This document shows, piece by piece, positions 1-12,824 of a stretch of 64,000 nt of DNA. Source of the stretch: Malacoraja senta. Its lineage: Eukaryota. The notes beneath the pieces were generated by a model. It was given only the letters and a program-made list of their open reading frames with translations, searched no databases and was not told the origin of the DNA. Both the position numbers and the translations under genes were made by a program. The stretch is taken from NCBI GenBank assembly GCA_038087875.1, contig CM075998.1, forward strand, positions 4,714,001 to 4,778,000, given 5' to 3'. Every line of letters starts with the position of its first letter. Position 1 is the first letter of the stretch.

Positions 1-2373
1 TCGGCCATCAGTAAGCAGCAGGATGCTCACCCCGACGGTGCCTTCATTGTTGCAGGGCACTTTAACCAGGTCGACCTACGAGCCACACTCCGCAAATTCC
101 ACCAGCATGTGCAGTGCCCTACCAGGGGCTCAAATACGCTGGATAAAGTGTACACCAACATCAAGGACGCATACAGAGCTCTCCCCCGCCCATCCCTGGG
201 ACGATCCGATCACCTCTCACTGTTTCTACTGCCTGCATACAAACCCCTCATCCGCAAGACCAAACCTGCAATAAGGACGGTCAAAATATGGCACGAGGAC
301 GCCACCCTACAACTCCAGGAGGGTGCTTTGATCGCACCAACTGGGACCTGGTTGCACAACAGGCTACCAGTGGTACAGAGGTAGACTTGGAGGAGTACAC
401 ATCCACTGTGCTCTCCTACATCAATTGCTGTGTGGAGACTGTCACAGTGGACAAGAAAATAAAGATGTTCCCAAACCGGAAACCCTGGATGAACAAGGAG
501 ATTCAGGATATGCTAAGGGCACGCAACTATGCCTTTAAATCCAGGGACACTTCTGCTTACAGTGCGGCCAGGTCGAACCTGAACAGAGGCATAAAAAAGG
601 CCAAAGACATCCACAGGCAAAGGGTAGAAGACCACTTCAACACCGCGGACACCAGAAGCATGTAGCAGGGTGTCAGGAACATCACCGACTACAAGAGCAG
701 CCCCGCCTGCCCCCACGGTGATATCACACTGGCCAACGAACTAAACACCTTCTTTGCCCGGTTTGAAACTGGCAACACCACCAGGAGTGGAATAACCCCG
801 GCCATGGCGGAGGGACAGGCCTTAACACTGAGCACCCAGGAGGTACTGTGCGCTCTGCGTAGGATCAATCCACGCAAGGCTGCAGGCCCGGATGGAGTCC
901 AGCGAAGGGTAGTAAAGGACTGTGCTGTACAGCTGGCGGAGGTATTCACGAGAATCTTCAATCTGTCTCTATCCCTGGCAACGGTCCCCAAGTGCCTGAA
1001 AACAGCCACCATAGTGCCGGTGCCGAAAAAGTCCAAAGTCACCAACCTGAACGACTACCGCCCGGTTGCTCTAACTCCAATCCCAATGAAGTGCTTTGAA
1101 AGGCTGGTCCTCTCCCATATCAAATCCAGCATCCCTGCCTCACTGGACTCCCATCAATTTGCATACAGGGCAAATAGATCAACAGAGGATGCCATCTCTC
1201 TGGCTCTTCACACTGTCCTGACTCACCTGGACAGACAGGGCACGTATGTGAGGATGCTCTTCATTGACTATAGCTCTGCATTCAATACAGTCATCCCCAC
1301 CAAGCTCACCACCAAACTCCACCAGCTAGGCCTCACCTCGCCGATATGCGATTGGATCCTGAACTTTCTGACGGAGCGACCGCAGGCAGTGAGACTGGGC
1401 CCGCACCTGTCCTCCACTATCACCCTGAGCACCGGCACACCACAGGGCTGTGCACTAAGCCCCATGCTCTACTTCCTCTTCACTCACGACTGTGTCCCTG
1501 CATTTGACACCAACACCATCGTGAAGTTTGCAGACGACACAACAGTGATTGGGCTGATCACCAACGGTGATGAAACAAAATACAGATCGGAGGTGCAGAA
1601 CCTGGCGGACTGGTGCGCTCATAACAATTTGTCACTAAACACCTCCAAGACCAAGGAGCTGATTAGTGACTTCAGGAGGTCCCATAATGGAGAATACGCC
1701 CCAATCTCCATTTACGGGGAAAGTGTGGAGAGAGTGTCCAGCTTTAAGTTTCTGGGCACTCACATTTCAGAGGACCTCACATGGTCCACCAACACCGCTG
1801 CGCTGGTCAAGAAGGCACAGCAATGACTGTTCTTCCTGAGGACATTAAAAAAGACTGGTCTGCCCCAACAGCTGCTGACAACGTTCTACCGCTGCACCAC
1901 AGAGAGCATATTAACGTATGGCATCTCTGTGTGGTATCTCAGCTGCACGGAGGGGGAGAGGAGAGCTCTTCAGCGCGTCGTTCACAGAGCGCAGAGGATC
2001 ATTGGGACAGAGCTACTAGCCTTGGAGGGCATCTACCACACACGGTGCCTCAGGAAGGCCGTCAGCATCCATAAGGACTCATCACACCCTTGTAACGGAC
2101 TGCTTGAACTACTTCCCTCCGGCAGACGTTACAAGGCCTTCTACGCCCGAACCTCCAGACTCAGAAACAGCTTTATTCAAAGAGCTATTGCGGCTCTGAA
2201 CCGGCCCTGCTGAGTGCCCCCCCACCCACCCCCCCTGGACAGTCTCCCTCGGATGGTCACGTCACTCAGCTTGCTTATTTATTTATTTTACTTTTCCTGT
2301 ACATCGGTGGAGCTGCATACTAAATCTCGTTGCACTGACGTGCAATGACAATAAAAGATATTATTATTATTAT
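1..2373 (+). mobile_element. Rex1/Babar-type non-LTR retrotransposon, 5' end outside the window, lightly decayed (endonuclease C-terminus, RT, 3' UTR)
   Basis: ORF 804-1826 has RT motifs (NDYRPVALT, MLFIDYSSAFNT, GTPQGC, KFADD). Upstream TLDKVYTNI/LGRSDH are APE motifs and the C-terminus reads LPSGRRY. One frameshift near 320 and stops at 663 and 1824. Ends caatgacaataaa + (TTA)n. Confidence 0.92.
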
Positions 2374-2695
2374 AGGTTCAAGGTGAAGGGGAAAAGATTT
2401 AATAGGAATCCAAGGGTTAACTTTTTCACACAGAGGGTGGTGGGTGTATGGAACGAGCTGCCAGAGGAGGTAGTTGAGGCTGGGACTATCCCAACGTTTA
2501 AGAAACAGTTGGACAGGCACATGGATAGGACAGGTTTGGAAATTCATTTCACTTGCACTTTAGTGCAATGTGAGGAATAAAACTGATTGTGGAGGGTTAT
2601 GGACCAAGCGCAGGCAAGTGGGACTAGGGTAGATGGGACATTGTGGGTGAGTTGCCCAAGGGCCTGTTTCCACACTGTATCACTCTATGACTATA
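2374..2695 (+). mobile_element. CR1-clade LINE 3' fragment
   Basis: FFTQRVVGVWNELPEEVVEAG C-terminal motif followed by the 3' UTR. Confidence 0.8.
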
Positions 2696-3194
2696 GTCAA
2701 GGCAAGTTTATTGTCATCTGCACAACTATGTTGAGATACAGATACAATGAAGAACACACACACTCACTCACTCATCCCTACCTGTGCAAAAAACTAGATA
2801 TTAGAGTAAAAGCATAATTTTTGTTTAAAAGTCCACAGTAGTACAAGAGGTGGTCGGTTATGTTCTGTTGCAGGGGTAGGGTTAGGTTTGTGCTGGTCGG
2901 TTCAAGAACCTGATAGTTGTTGGGAAGGTAGCTGTTCCTGAACCTAGTGGTGTGGGACTCGAGGCTTCTGTACCACCTGCCCAACGGTAGCAGTGAGAAG
3001 AGGGCTCGGCCTGCATGGCGTGTGATCTTTAATGATAGATGCCGCCTTCTTGAGGCAACATCTCACAGATGCTTTCAAAGGTGGGGAGGACCATGCCCGT
3101 GATGGACTGGGCCAAATCCTCCACTTTCTGCAGCCTCTTGCGTTCCTGTGCGTTGGAATTGCTGTACCAGGCCACGATGCAACCAGCCAGACAG

Positions 3195-3640
3195 GTAGTC
3201 AATGGACAATAGACAATAGGTGCAGGAGTAGGCCATTCGGCCCTTCGAGCCAGCACCGCCATTCAATATGATCATGGCTGATCATCCCCAATCAGTACCC
3301 CGTTCCTGCCTTCTCCCCATATCCCGACTCTGCTATTTTTAAGAGCCCTATCTAGCTCTCTCTTGAAAGCATCCAGAGAACCGGCCTCCACCGCCCTCTG
3401 AGGCAGAGAATTCCACAGACTCACAACTCTCTGTGAGAAAAATTGTTTCCTCGTCTCCGTTCTAAATGGCTTACTCCTTATTCTTACACTGTGGCCCCTG
3501 GTTCTGGACTCCCCCAACATCGGGAACATGTTTCCTGCCTCTGGTGTGTCCAAGCCCTTAAAAATCTTATATGTTTCAATGAGATACCCTCTCATCCTTC
3601 TAAACTCCAGAGTGTACAAGCCCAGCTGCTCCATTCTCTG
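3195..3640 (-). mobile_element. CR1-clade LINE 3' fragment inserted in a minus-strand Rex1 fragment (~2840-3195)
   Basis: ORF 3272-3634(-) LGLYTLEFRRMRG...RTRGHS...FFSQRVVSLWNSLP. Confidence 0.88.
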
Positions 3641-6600
3641 ATCAATGGGAATCCAACATCCCTTTCTAGCAGTGAGTTCCAGACACCCCCCACCCCAAAG
3701 CTGGGTGAAGAAAGTTTTTCTTAACTCCCTTCTAATCTTTCACCAATTAACCTAAATCTGTGTCCCCCTACTTACCGACCTCCATGCTAAGGGAAATAGG
3801 TCCTTCTTGTTCACCCTTTCAGGGCCTCCTATAAATGTACAAACCTGAACTAAAACTTCAGTATCTTTTGTTCCAAAGAAAACAACCTTGGCTTAGCCAA
3901 TTTTTCGTCGAAAATAAAATTTCTTGTCCTGGCAATATCCTTAGAAATCTCTCTAGTGCCATTATATCCTGCAAGCTGGCAACCAAAAACTATACAGTCC
4001 TCAAGCTGAAGCCCAAATTATGTTTAATACAGTTCCAGCATGATGCCTCCTGCTCTTATATTCTATACCTCAGGCAATACACTCTGATCTCCTGGGTACT
4101 TTCTTGACCACCTTATCATCCTGTCCTGCCTTCTGGGAGCTGTGAACATGAGCTCCAATGTTTCTCTGTTTGATCTACTACTTATGGATTCAACTAAGGA
4201 GGAGGTCATTTTGGCCCATCAAGTCTATGTTCGGTCACAAAGCATTCCCATTCCCCCCCAGTAGTTTTCCATGTCGTTTTTGATCACTTTCCCCATCAAC
4301 TCTCCGCAGATTGCACTACACACCAGGGGCAATTTACAATGAATGATTAATCTACCGACACGTCTTTGGGATGTGGGCGGAAAGTAAAGCATCTGGAGAT
4401 AGCCCATGCGGTCACAAGGAGAACGTGGAAATTCCACACAGACAGCACCCAAGGTCAGGATTGAACCTGGATCATTGAAGCTGTGAGGCAGTGGCTCTGC
4501 TATTTGCGTCACTTTGCCGCCAATATTTCTTGCTCAGTTTTCCCTTCCAAGACCAGCATTTCACACTCTTGGGACTGAATGTAACTTTTCACTTGTATTT
4601 CCCCATCTGTCATTACCCCATCCTGTCAGGCTCAGGCTGAGAGAAATTTTTGCAACAGCAAAAGTTTAACGGAATGATTTCATTCCAGTCTCTGGGATAG
4701 ATGAGGTGTCCTCAGTTATGCCAAGCTGTGACCAAGTCATTGAGTGCAGATGCTGGTTTACACCGAAGATAGACACAAAATGCTGGAGTGACTCAGCGGG
4801 ACAGGCAGCGTCTCTGGAGAGAAGGAATTGACTAGAAATCTCACCCATTGCTTCTGTCCAGAGATGCTACCTGTCCCGCTGAGTTACGCCACCATTTTGA
4901 ATCTACCAAGTCATTGAGATTCATACTTAAAGACAACATGCTCAAAGTAAAAGTGATGCCCTGTATTCTGACCTTAATTGTATATTTTTAAAGATGAATC
5001 ACAATGATCCTCTCTCTCTTCATGCTTCTGTTTACAAATGTAACTTGTTTTCAAGCTGGATTTGTGTCCAAAGTTTTAGTGGTGAATGCACTGAGCCATT
5101 CCGACCTGTAAAAAAGGATTGGCTTTATGAAACGCCTTGTAATCCTCAGGTAATCCTAAATAATATCCTAATTAATCATTCATTATGTGGAATGCAGTCA
5201 CTTCTGTTTAATTGGCAAATGCTGCGATCATGGACTCGAGGATCACATACAGAAAAGCCCAGTTATATTGAGACCTTAAAGGGCCAGTCCCACTTATGCG
5301 TTTTTTTTCTGCGACTGCCGGCACCCGTCATAGTCGCAGCAGGTGTCCGAAAATTTTCAACATGTTGAAAATCCAGCAGCGACCAGAAAAAGATACGACT
5401 CTTTGGGCGACTGCTCGCGACCAGACAGGCGTCACGTGTCGACATATGTTGTATCTCCAATGCCTTCTTATTATCCTCTACTGGTGTCAAAGGAACTGCA
5501 GATGCTGGTTTACACCAAAGATGGACACAAGATTCATTCAGCGGGATGGGCAAGGAATGGGTGATGTTTCGGGTCGAGACCCTTCTCCGGCCCACTCCTT
5601 CTCTCCAGCGATGCTGCCTGCCCCGCTGAGTTACTACGGCATTTTGCGTCTACCATTTTTCTCCAAATCTTTCTTATCCATGTACCTGTCCAAATGCGTT
5701 TCAATGTCATAATTGTGCCTGCCTCTATCACTACCTCTGGCAGCTTGTTCCATATACACACTACCCTCAGGCCCACTCACCTTATACCTACCACCCCGGG
5801 CCGCGGAGTTTGAGCCGGCCCGTCGCGGAGCACGGATTCGGCCGCTGGACTGGCTTACCGTCGCCCGGCGGGGTCACAGCATCAGAAGCCTGGATCGCCT
5901 CAGCGCAGAGGGAGAAGAAAGCGGGAAGAGACAGAGACTATAAGACTTTTTGCCTCCATCACAGTGAGGAGGTGCCTGGTGAACTCACTGGTGGATGTTA
6001 ATTTGTGTTTATTGTGTGTTTTGTCATTTATTATTATATGTATGACTGCAGGCAACGAAATTTCATTCAGACCGAAAGGTCTGAATGACAAATAAAGGAA
6101 TCTCTCTATCTCTCTCTATGCCCTCTAGTTCCGGACCCTGCTACTCGGGGGAAGAAAACTGTGACCATTCACCTTATCTATGCCTCTCATGATTTCATAA
6201 ACCTCTTTATGGTCACCACTCAGCCTCCTGTGCTCCATGGAAAACAGACCCATGTTATCCAGCCTCTCTTTATAAACTCAGCATTCCAGGCCTGGCAACA
6301 TCCTTCTAACTCTTTGTATGCATCCATTCCAGTTTAATGGCATCCTTCCTATGGCAGGGTGGCCAGAACAGTACACAGAACTGGCCTTGCCTACTTCTTG
6401 TATAGCTGTAACATGACATCTCACCTCCTGTACATCGTACCCTGACTGATGAAGGGCAATGTGCCAAGAGTCGTCTTCACCACCCAATATACAGTATCTG
6501 TGTTGACACTTTCATGGAACTATGTACCTGTACCCCCAGATCTCTCTGTTCTGCAACACTACCCAGGTGCCTACCGTTTAATGTGAAGGTCAATGCCAAG

Positions 6601-6710
6601 TCACTATTGAGCACACCATTTCCTTATTTCAGACTGCAATACAACTTATGGCAGGCTATAGCAGCCTCCCATTACTTTTTGCCACCTGATATAAATTCGA
6701 CCACATTATG

Positions 6711-7763
6711 CAGCAATGTTACAACATTTTGAGATTTAAAAAATAAAGTCTGCAATTTATCCCATCAGATAAAGCATAAAAAGAAGTTTAATTTGACACC
6801 TAATTCACTTTCATATCTTCAGTATTAAAAAAGGTATGGCCATTTTCATACTCGGAAATTAGCATCTTGTTCCCTATTGCTTTTCCATTGACAACACAAA
6901 AGCTGTGATCGAGGACAGTCAAAAGCCCATACCTTTCTTAAAAATTAAGAATAAAAATAAAAAATAAAAAATACATTTTCAGTTATTATAGATTGAAGCA
7001 TTCTGAAACAAATATGAAACAATCTTACTTGGATGACATGAAATTAAAGCATATAATTAGTTAGTTACCTAATTGTAGCTAATTACAAAATTCAATTACT
7101 AGATCTAAACATCTATCAATTTCTTAAGAATAGATTAACATTTTTAAATAGCCTAAGTGTCCAAATAACATTCACACAAGAATTCACAATATAACATAAT
7201 TTTTAAATCTCATTGTCATGGATTTACAGGCCAAATGGAAGGAATTTAATGTTTAATACCTGTAAATTAATGGCCATTTAAATCATCTTGCGAATGGGGT
7301 TTTCTGGAACGCGATCATTTGGAATGTTGATTTGCGGTGAATTTAACCCCATATCGGCATGAAAAATTCTGCCGTTAGTTCGGGGAAAAGAATCACCGTT
7401 TCGCATTAAAAAATATGAATTAAAGGCTTCTTAAGAAGCACTTTTATACATTAAAATAAACTACTTTCGTTTACCTGTCCCGTGTGTGAAATCCGTCCCC
7501 GTTGTCGGCGTTGACGGCTTTCGAAGCTGATTTTAAAATAACTCCAGCGCTGACATTGTCGATCGAATAAAAATAAAAAATACACAAAACGCCCGTCGGA
7601 ACGATTTTTCAGCAAACGCTGGCACTCCAACGAAATATTAACCAGGACAAGATAGGAGAAACCCGCGTTTTAACCCCACCCCCCCCTTAAAGGCGCCAAA
7701 ATCGCGCACACGGCCAGTGGCAGAATTGCAGCGCCGCTGAAGGTAAGTATTGTAACATACCTA
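6711..7763. mobile_element. Non-autonomous DNA transposon, ~14-bp imperfect TIR, 7-bp TSD CATTATG
   Basis: cattatg|CAGCAATGTTACAA ... TTGTAACATACCTA|cattatg. Reverse-complement homologue of 20740-22717 and 33347-33541. Confidence 0.85.
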
Positions 7764-7789
7764 CATTATGCTGTGATGGCGTAGAGTTT

Positions 7790-8142
7790 AACAGGCTAGA
7801 TGCAGGAAGATTGTTCCCGATGTTGGGGAAGTCCAGGACAAGGGGTTACAGCTTAAGGATAAGGGGGTAATCCTTTAAGACCGAGATGAGGAAAAACTTT
7901 TTCACACAGAGAGTGGTGAATCTCTGGAACTCTCTGCCACAGAGGGTAGTTGAGGCCAGTTCATTGGCTATATTTAAGAGGGAGTTAGATGTGGCCCTTG
8001 TGGCTAAAGGGATCAGGGGGTATGGAGAGAAGGCAGGTACGGGATACTGAGTTGGATGATCAGCCATGATCATATTGAATGGCGGTGCAGGCTCGAAGGG
8101 CCGAATGGCCTATTCCTGCACCTATTTTCTATGTATCTATGT
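7790..8142 (+). mobile_element. CR1-clade LINE 3' fragment
   Basis: Same sequence as the 3' part of 15385-15950. Confidence 0.85.
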
Positions 8143-8202
8143 AATCCCATACTGCCACCTAATGGCCGCATGGAATTATCACAGCCTCTTTGAGAAACTT
8201 TA

Positions 8203-8455
8203 GAGATACAGCGTGGAAACAGGCCCTTCGGCCCACTGAGTTTGTGCATCCCTTACACTACCACTATCCTACACAGTAGGGACAATTTTACCGAAGCCAA
8301 TTAACCTATAAGTCTGTACTTCTTTGGAGTGTGGGAGGAAACTGCAGCACCCGGAGAAAACGGATACAGTCACAGGGAGAAGGTACAAACTCCGTACAGA
8401 CAGCACCCGTAGTCAGGATCGAACCCGGGTCTCTGGCGCTGTGTGCCACCGTGCC
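8203..8455 (-). mobile_element. tRNA-derived V-SINE (HE1-like)
   Basis: Reverse complement of the ccagagacccgggttcgatcc head, the ctccgggtgc core and the gggccgaagggcctgtttcc tail. Confidence 0.8.
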
Positions 8456-9554
8456 GACCCAACTCATCTACACATTTAAGACCGAATCATGGAGAATGGT
8501 GACATAAGGGACAAGTGGACTTTAATTCCAATTCCCAGCTCTCGTCCCCATACCCTGCAGGTTATGGCCACAGCCGTACTTCTGAAATACAATGAGGGTT
8601 TTTAGAAAATATTGCAAGATGCTTCAGTTTAGTTTACGTGTACCGAGATGTACAGATATACATGTACAGATAAGGGAATCACGTTTAGTGCAAGGTAAAG
8701 TCTGATCACTGTTTAAGAAAAAAACTGCCGATACTGGAAAAATCAAAGGTAGACAAAAAATGCTGGAGAAACTCAGCGGCTGAGGCAGCATCTATGGAGA
8801 GAAGGAATAGGTGATGGTTCAGGTCGAGACCCTTCTTCAGACTGATCAATGATAGTCCAAGTGTCACCAAAGAGGTAGATAGTAGTTCAGCACTGCTCTC
8901 TGGTTGTGGTGGGATGATTCAGCTGCCTGATAACAGCCGGGAAGAAACGGTCCCTGAATTTGGAGATGTGCATTTTCACACTTATATACAATACAATACA
9001 ATTTATTTGTCATTTGGACCCCGTTGAGGTCCAAACGAAATGTCGTTTCTGCAGCCATACATTACAAAACGAAGAAGACCCGAGACACAACACAATTTAC
9101 ACATCCATCCATCACAGCGCTGTGATGGAAGGCAAAAAAAACGTATCTCTCCACTGCACTCCCCCCCACCCCCCGATGTCAGAGTCAAAGTCAAAGCCCC
9201 TGGCGGGCGATGGTGATTCTATACCTTTTGCCTGATGGGAATCGGGACTTGAGGTCTTGGAGATGTGAATTCACTTTTAAATATGAATTAGGAAATAATC
9301 TGGTGCCAGCAAATGGGCTCTATCGCTTGTCACAGAAGGGGGAGCATAAGATGAGAGACTTTAGCATGAAGATATGCTGCCTTGTAACTTTGAAGGCAAA
9401 TCTCGGGTAGATCCAAGAGATTGACAGAGACATGGCCTTGCAGATGCTCTTTGATCAGGTGATTTGTGGAGGCCTGAAAAGATTAAACGACCACAGCCAA
9501 AAATAATGCATTATTGGGCAATCAAAGGTGACATCTCACTGGAAGGTGGTTCCG

Positions 9555-10400
9555 ATGTGGCTTCCTTTACATCGGTGAGGCCAAGCGTAGACTCGGCAAC
9601 CATTTTGCCGACCACTTGCACACGGCTTGCCAAGGCCTGTACCATCTCCCAGTTGCCAACCATTTTAACTCCCATTCCCATACCAACCTTTCTGTCCTGG
9701 ACCTCCTGCATTGCCAGAGTCAGGCTACATGTAAACTGGAAGATCAGCCCCTCATGTTCCACTTGGGTAGCTTTCAACCCCACAGAATGAACATTGAATT
9801 CTGCAATATTAGATGACTACCAACCTGCAAACAACTACCCCCTTCAACCCCCCCCTTTATTCCTCCCTCTTTTCCCTGTGACCACAACTGGATTAGCACC
9901 CATTTCTGCCCTTCCCTCTCACCCCCCCCCCCATCACAATTCGCCCCTCTTCTATCCTTATCTCATAGTTTATGTTGTTTCATCTCTGGCCTTTGTTCAA
10001 TCATCTGCCCATCAACCTACCCTGCCCCCCCCCCCAACCTGCATACACCTATCACTCTCCTGTTTTTATTCTGCCACCTACTCTCTTCCAGCTTTCTCCC
10101 CCCCCCCCCACCCCTACTGCAATGAGTTTGAAGAAGAGTCCAGACCTGAATCGTCACCTATCAATGTTCTCCACAGATGCTGCCTGACCCGCTGAGTTAC
10201 TCCAGCGCTCTGTGAAACGTCACCTATCAATGTTCTCCACAGATGCTGCCTGACCCGCTGAGTTACTCCAGCACTCTGTGAAACGTCACCTATCCATGTT
10301 CTCCACAGATGCTGCCTGACCCGCTGAGTTACTCCAGCACTCTGTGAAACGTCACCTATCCATGTTCTCCACAGATGCTGCCTGACCCGCTGAGTTACCC
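9555..10400 (+). mobile_element. Penelope-like element 3' fragment (GIY-YIG C-terminus and tail) ending in ~4 copies of a 66-bp repeat (10152-10400)
   Basis: YIGEAKRRLGNHFADHL...LPVANHFNSHSH...FHLGSFQPHRMNIEF. Duplicated at ~25150-26130, where the array has ~6 units. Confidence 0.8.
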
Positions 10401-11414
10401 ACATGGAATGGGTTAAAACTGCAAACTCCACCTGCTTTGAATGAAAGGTATGGAAATAGACAAATCAAAGCCAGCAACGATGATCAAGGAAAGGTGGAGC
10501 CCACAATGGTCCATTGTTGGCTGTGGGGGAGGTGATACAGTGAAACTCAGCAGGACGACAGTGAAATTAGTACCACGATGAGGGTGGGGGAGGAACGGAG
10601 AGACGGGATGCAAGGGTTGCTTGAAGTTAGAGAAATCAATTATACCGCTGGGTTATAAGTTACCCGAGCGAAAGTAAACCAAATATGAGGAACTGTTCCT
10701 CCAATTTGCGGTTGGCCTCACGCTGACAGTGGAGGAGGACCAGGACAGGAAGGACAGTGTGGCTTATTTCGCACAATAACGCCGGCCAGGCGGGACCACA
10801 GCATTAGGAGGCAGCCCATTTCACCACTGGTACCCGCTGGAGTCTGGAGCCGTTCACAATGCGACCAGCCTGGCATTTGCTGGTTGTCTTCCTGACGGTT
10901 TGTATTTCCATGAGCTCCGTTGTGTTGTTTTGGAGTTGAAGTTTGTTATTTAATTTAGATTTAATCGCAGTGACATCCTTTCCAGAGTGCGCATCCTTGG
11001 AGAATGTACCGTGCAAACTCCGTACAGACAGCGCCCGTCAGTCTCTGGCGCTGTGACTGTGAGGCGGCAACTCTACCCGGTTCGGTTCGACCACGTTTTT
11101 TTTTATTTTTTTATTTTTATTGCAAAGATGTGCCTTGTGTCGCTAGACGTGGAGGCACAAAAGCGGCCGAGAGACTCAGCGGGTCGAGCAGCGTCTGTGG
11201 AGGGGAGAGGCCGCCGCGAACCCGCCAGCCGCCCACCCTCTACTCCACCTGATATTGACTTAGTCCTGGACTGTTACAATGTATATTACTGACCTCGGTG
11301 AAAAGTCACTGCAGTCTGGTCCCATTGCAATGCTGGGCAGCAAAGTAAGTTGTGAGCCGATTGCAGGGCGCTTTAAAATGAATAAGTGTGGAAGCTGTTT
11401 TAAAAAGACGGCGA

Positions 11415-11498
11415 ATGATCGGGAGACAGAATCACAGAAGATTCTGTTTCCATTTGTTTGGGACACAAATCATTGTGGTTGCAATCTTGTTGCAAAGG
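11415..11498 (+). CDS. TNFRSF copy A exon 1 (start codon and signal peptide)
   Basis: ATG at 11415, encodes MIGRQNHRRFCFHLFGTQIIVVAILLQR (basic n-region, hydrophobic h-region). Donor AGG|GTTTGT is phase 0, matching the phase-0 acceptor of exon 2. Confidence 0.7.
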
Positions 11499-12762
11499 GT
11501 TTGTAGCATTAACCTGTAGCAAGTGGCTGTAGTTTAGAAGAATGAGGTGATCCCGTTGCATTGCACAACATCCTGTGGTAGTAACACACGGTGAAATTTG
11601 CATTCAAATTTACTCTTCTGAACAGGGCTGTGGAGTCGGGTTGTGGAGCAGGAGCAATGTTGATACGGTTGGAGTCTGTTAAAAAAGTCCCGACTTGACT
11701 CTGTAATCAACATACACTTCAGACAATTACAATGTGTTAATTGTATTTATTGTATTGTATATCTTTATTGTCATTTCCTGAGTATTCGCATACCCAGAGG
11801 AAACAAAAAAACGTTCCTCAACCAGTGTCCATTTCAGTGTGCAGTAAAAAATAAATAGGAGTAAAAATACATATATCTGCAGTTGTGGGTAATACATATT
11901 GTAGTAGTTGTACATATATAATTGTGGTTAATACGCAACAAAAGCTTTCCACTGCACCTTTGTACACGCGGCAATAAACTCAACTAATGGCCCTGTCTCA
12001 GAAAACGCTTCTGAAGCTAAATTTATCATTTAAAAAAAAGTAAGTTTTCTATCATTATGCTATTGAGAAGTATATTTTGGCAAATAATAAAATGTCTTGA
12101 CAGCTTAAACACCCACTCCCTTTCAATAGGATATTGTCAATTTGCTGAGGTTGATTATGTCCCAATTAACAGCTAACAATTATGCCTTTCCTTGGCTTGC
12201 ATCTGAGTCAAATGGAATTCAAAGCCCATGTATGGTTTCCGATATATATATATATTTTTTAATGATAAATTTTGCTTCAGAAGCGTTTTGATTTTGCATG
12301 TAAAAACCCACTTGAGAACCATGGGTGATTTTAACATGTTACATCCAGATTGATCACTTCTGAAACTTTTTAGATACCAAAGGAATCAAGAAAAAGCACA
12401 AATAATCCCTTGCTGTTGATGAAATGTAGTGAGCAAATGCAATAATTGTTAATATTTTCAAACACTCATCAATTGTTAACCTACTCATTCCTGGGATCTT
12501 TCTTGTAAACCTTTTTAATCCATCTACTACTGACCACGGGTACCATGTAATCCCGTGCTACCTGCTCCATGGTCGGATAGCCGGCGACTAAACCGTCACC
12601 CCCACCTGGTTTGCCAGGTGAGGAGGGGGCTGTGGACCCCCAGGAGGGCCAAAAACAAGACCTGTCAAAGGGCGGATGAGCTTCTAGCGAGCCAACGGCC
12701 ATCCACACATCAGTAGAAGTTGCGATCACTGTCGTACATGGCATTGTAAGGAATGATGATAA

Positions 12763-12824
<62 letters not shown>

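Noticed and set aside
11279..11506. ORF-track protein MNKCGSCFKK... as the first coding exon
   Set aside because: It lacks a hydrophobic signal segment and is out of phase with exon 2 at the GTTTGT donor. The frame starting at 11415 fits both.
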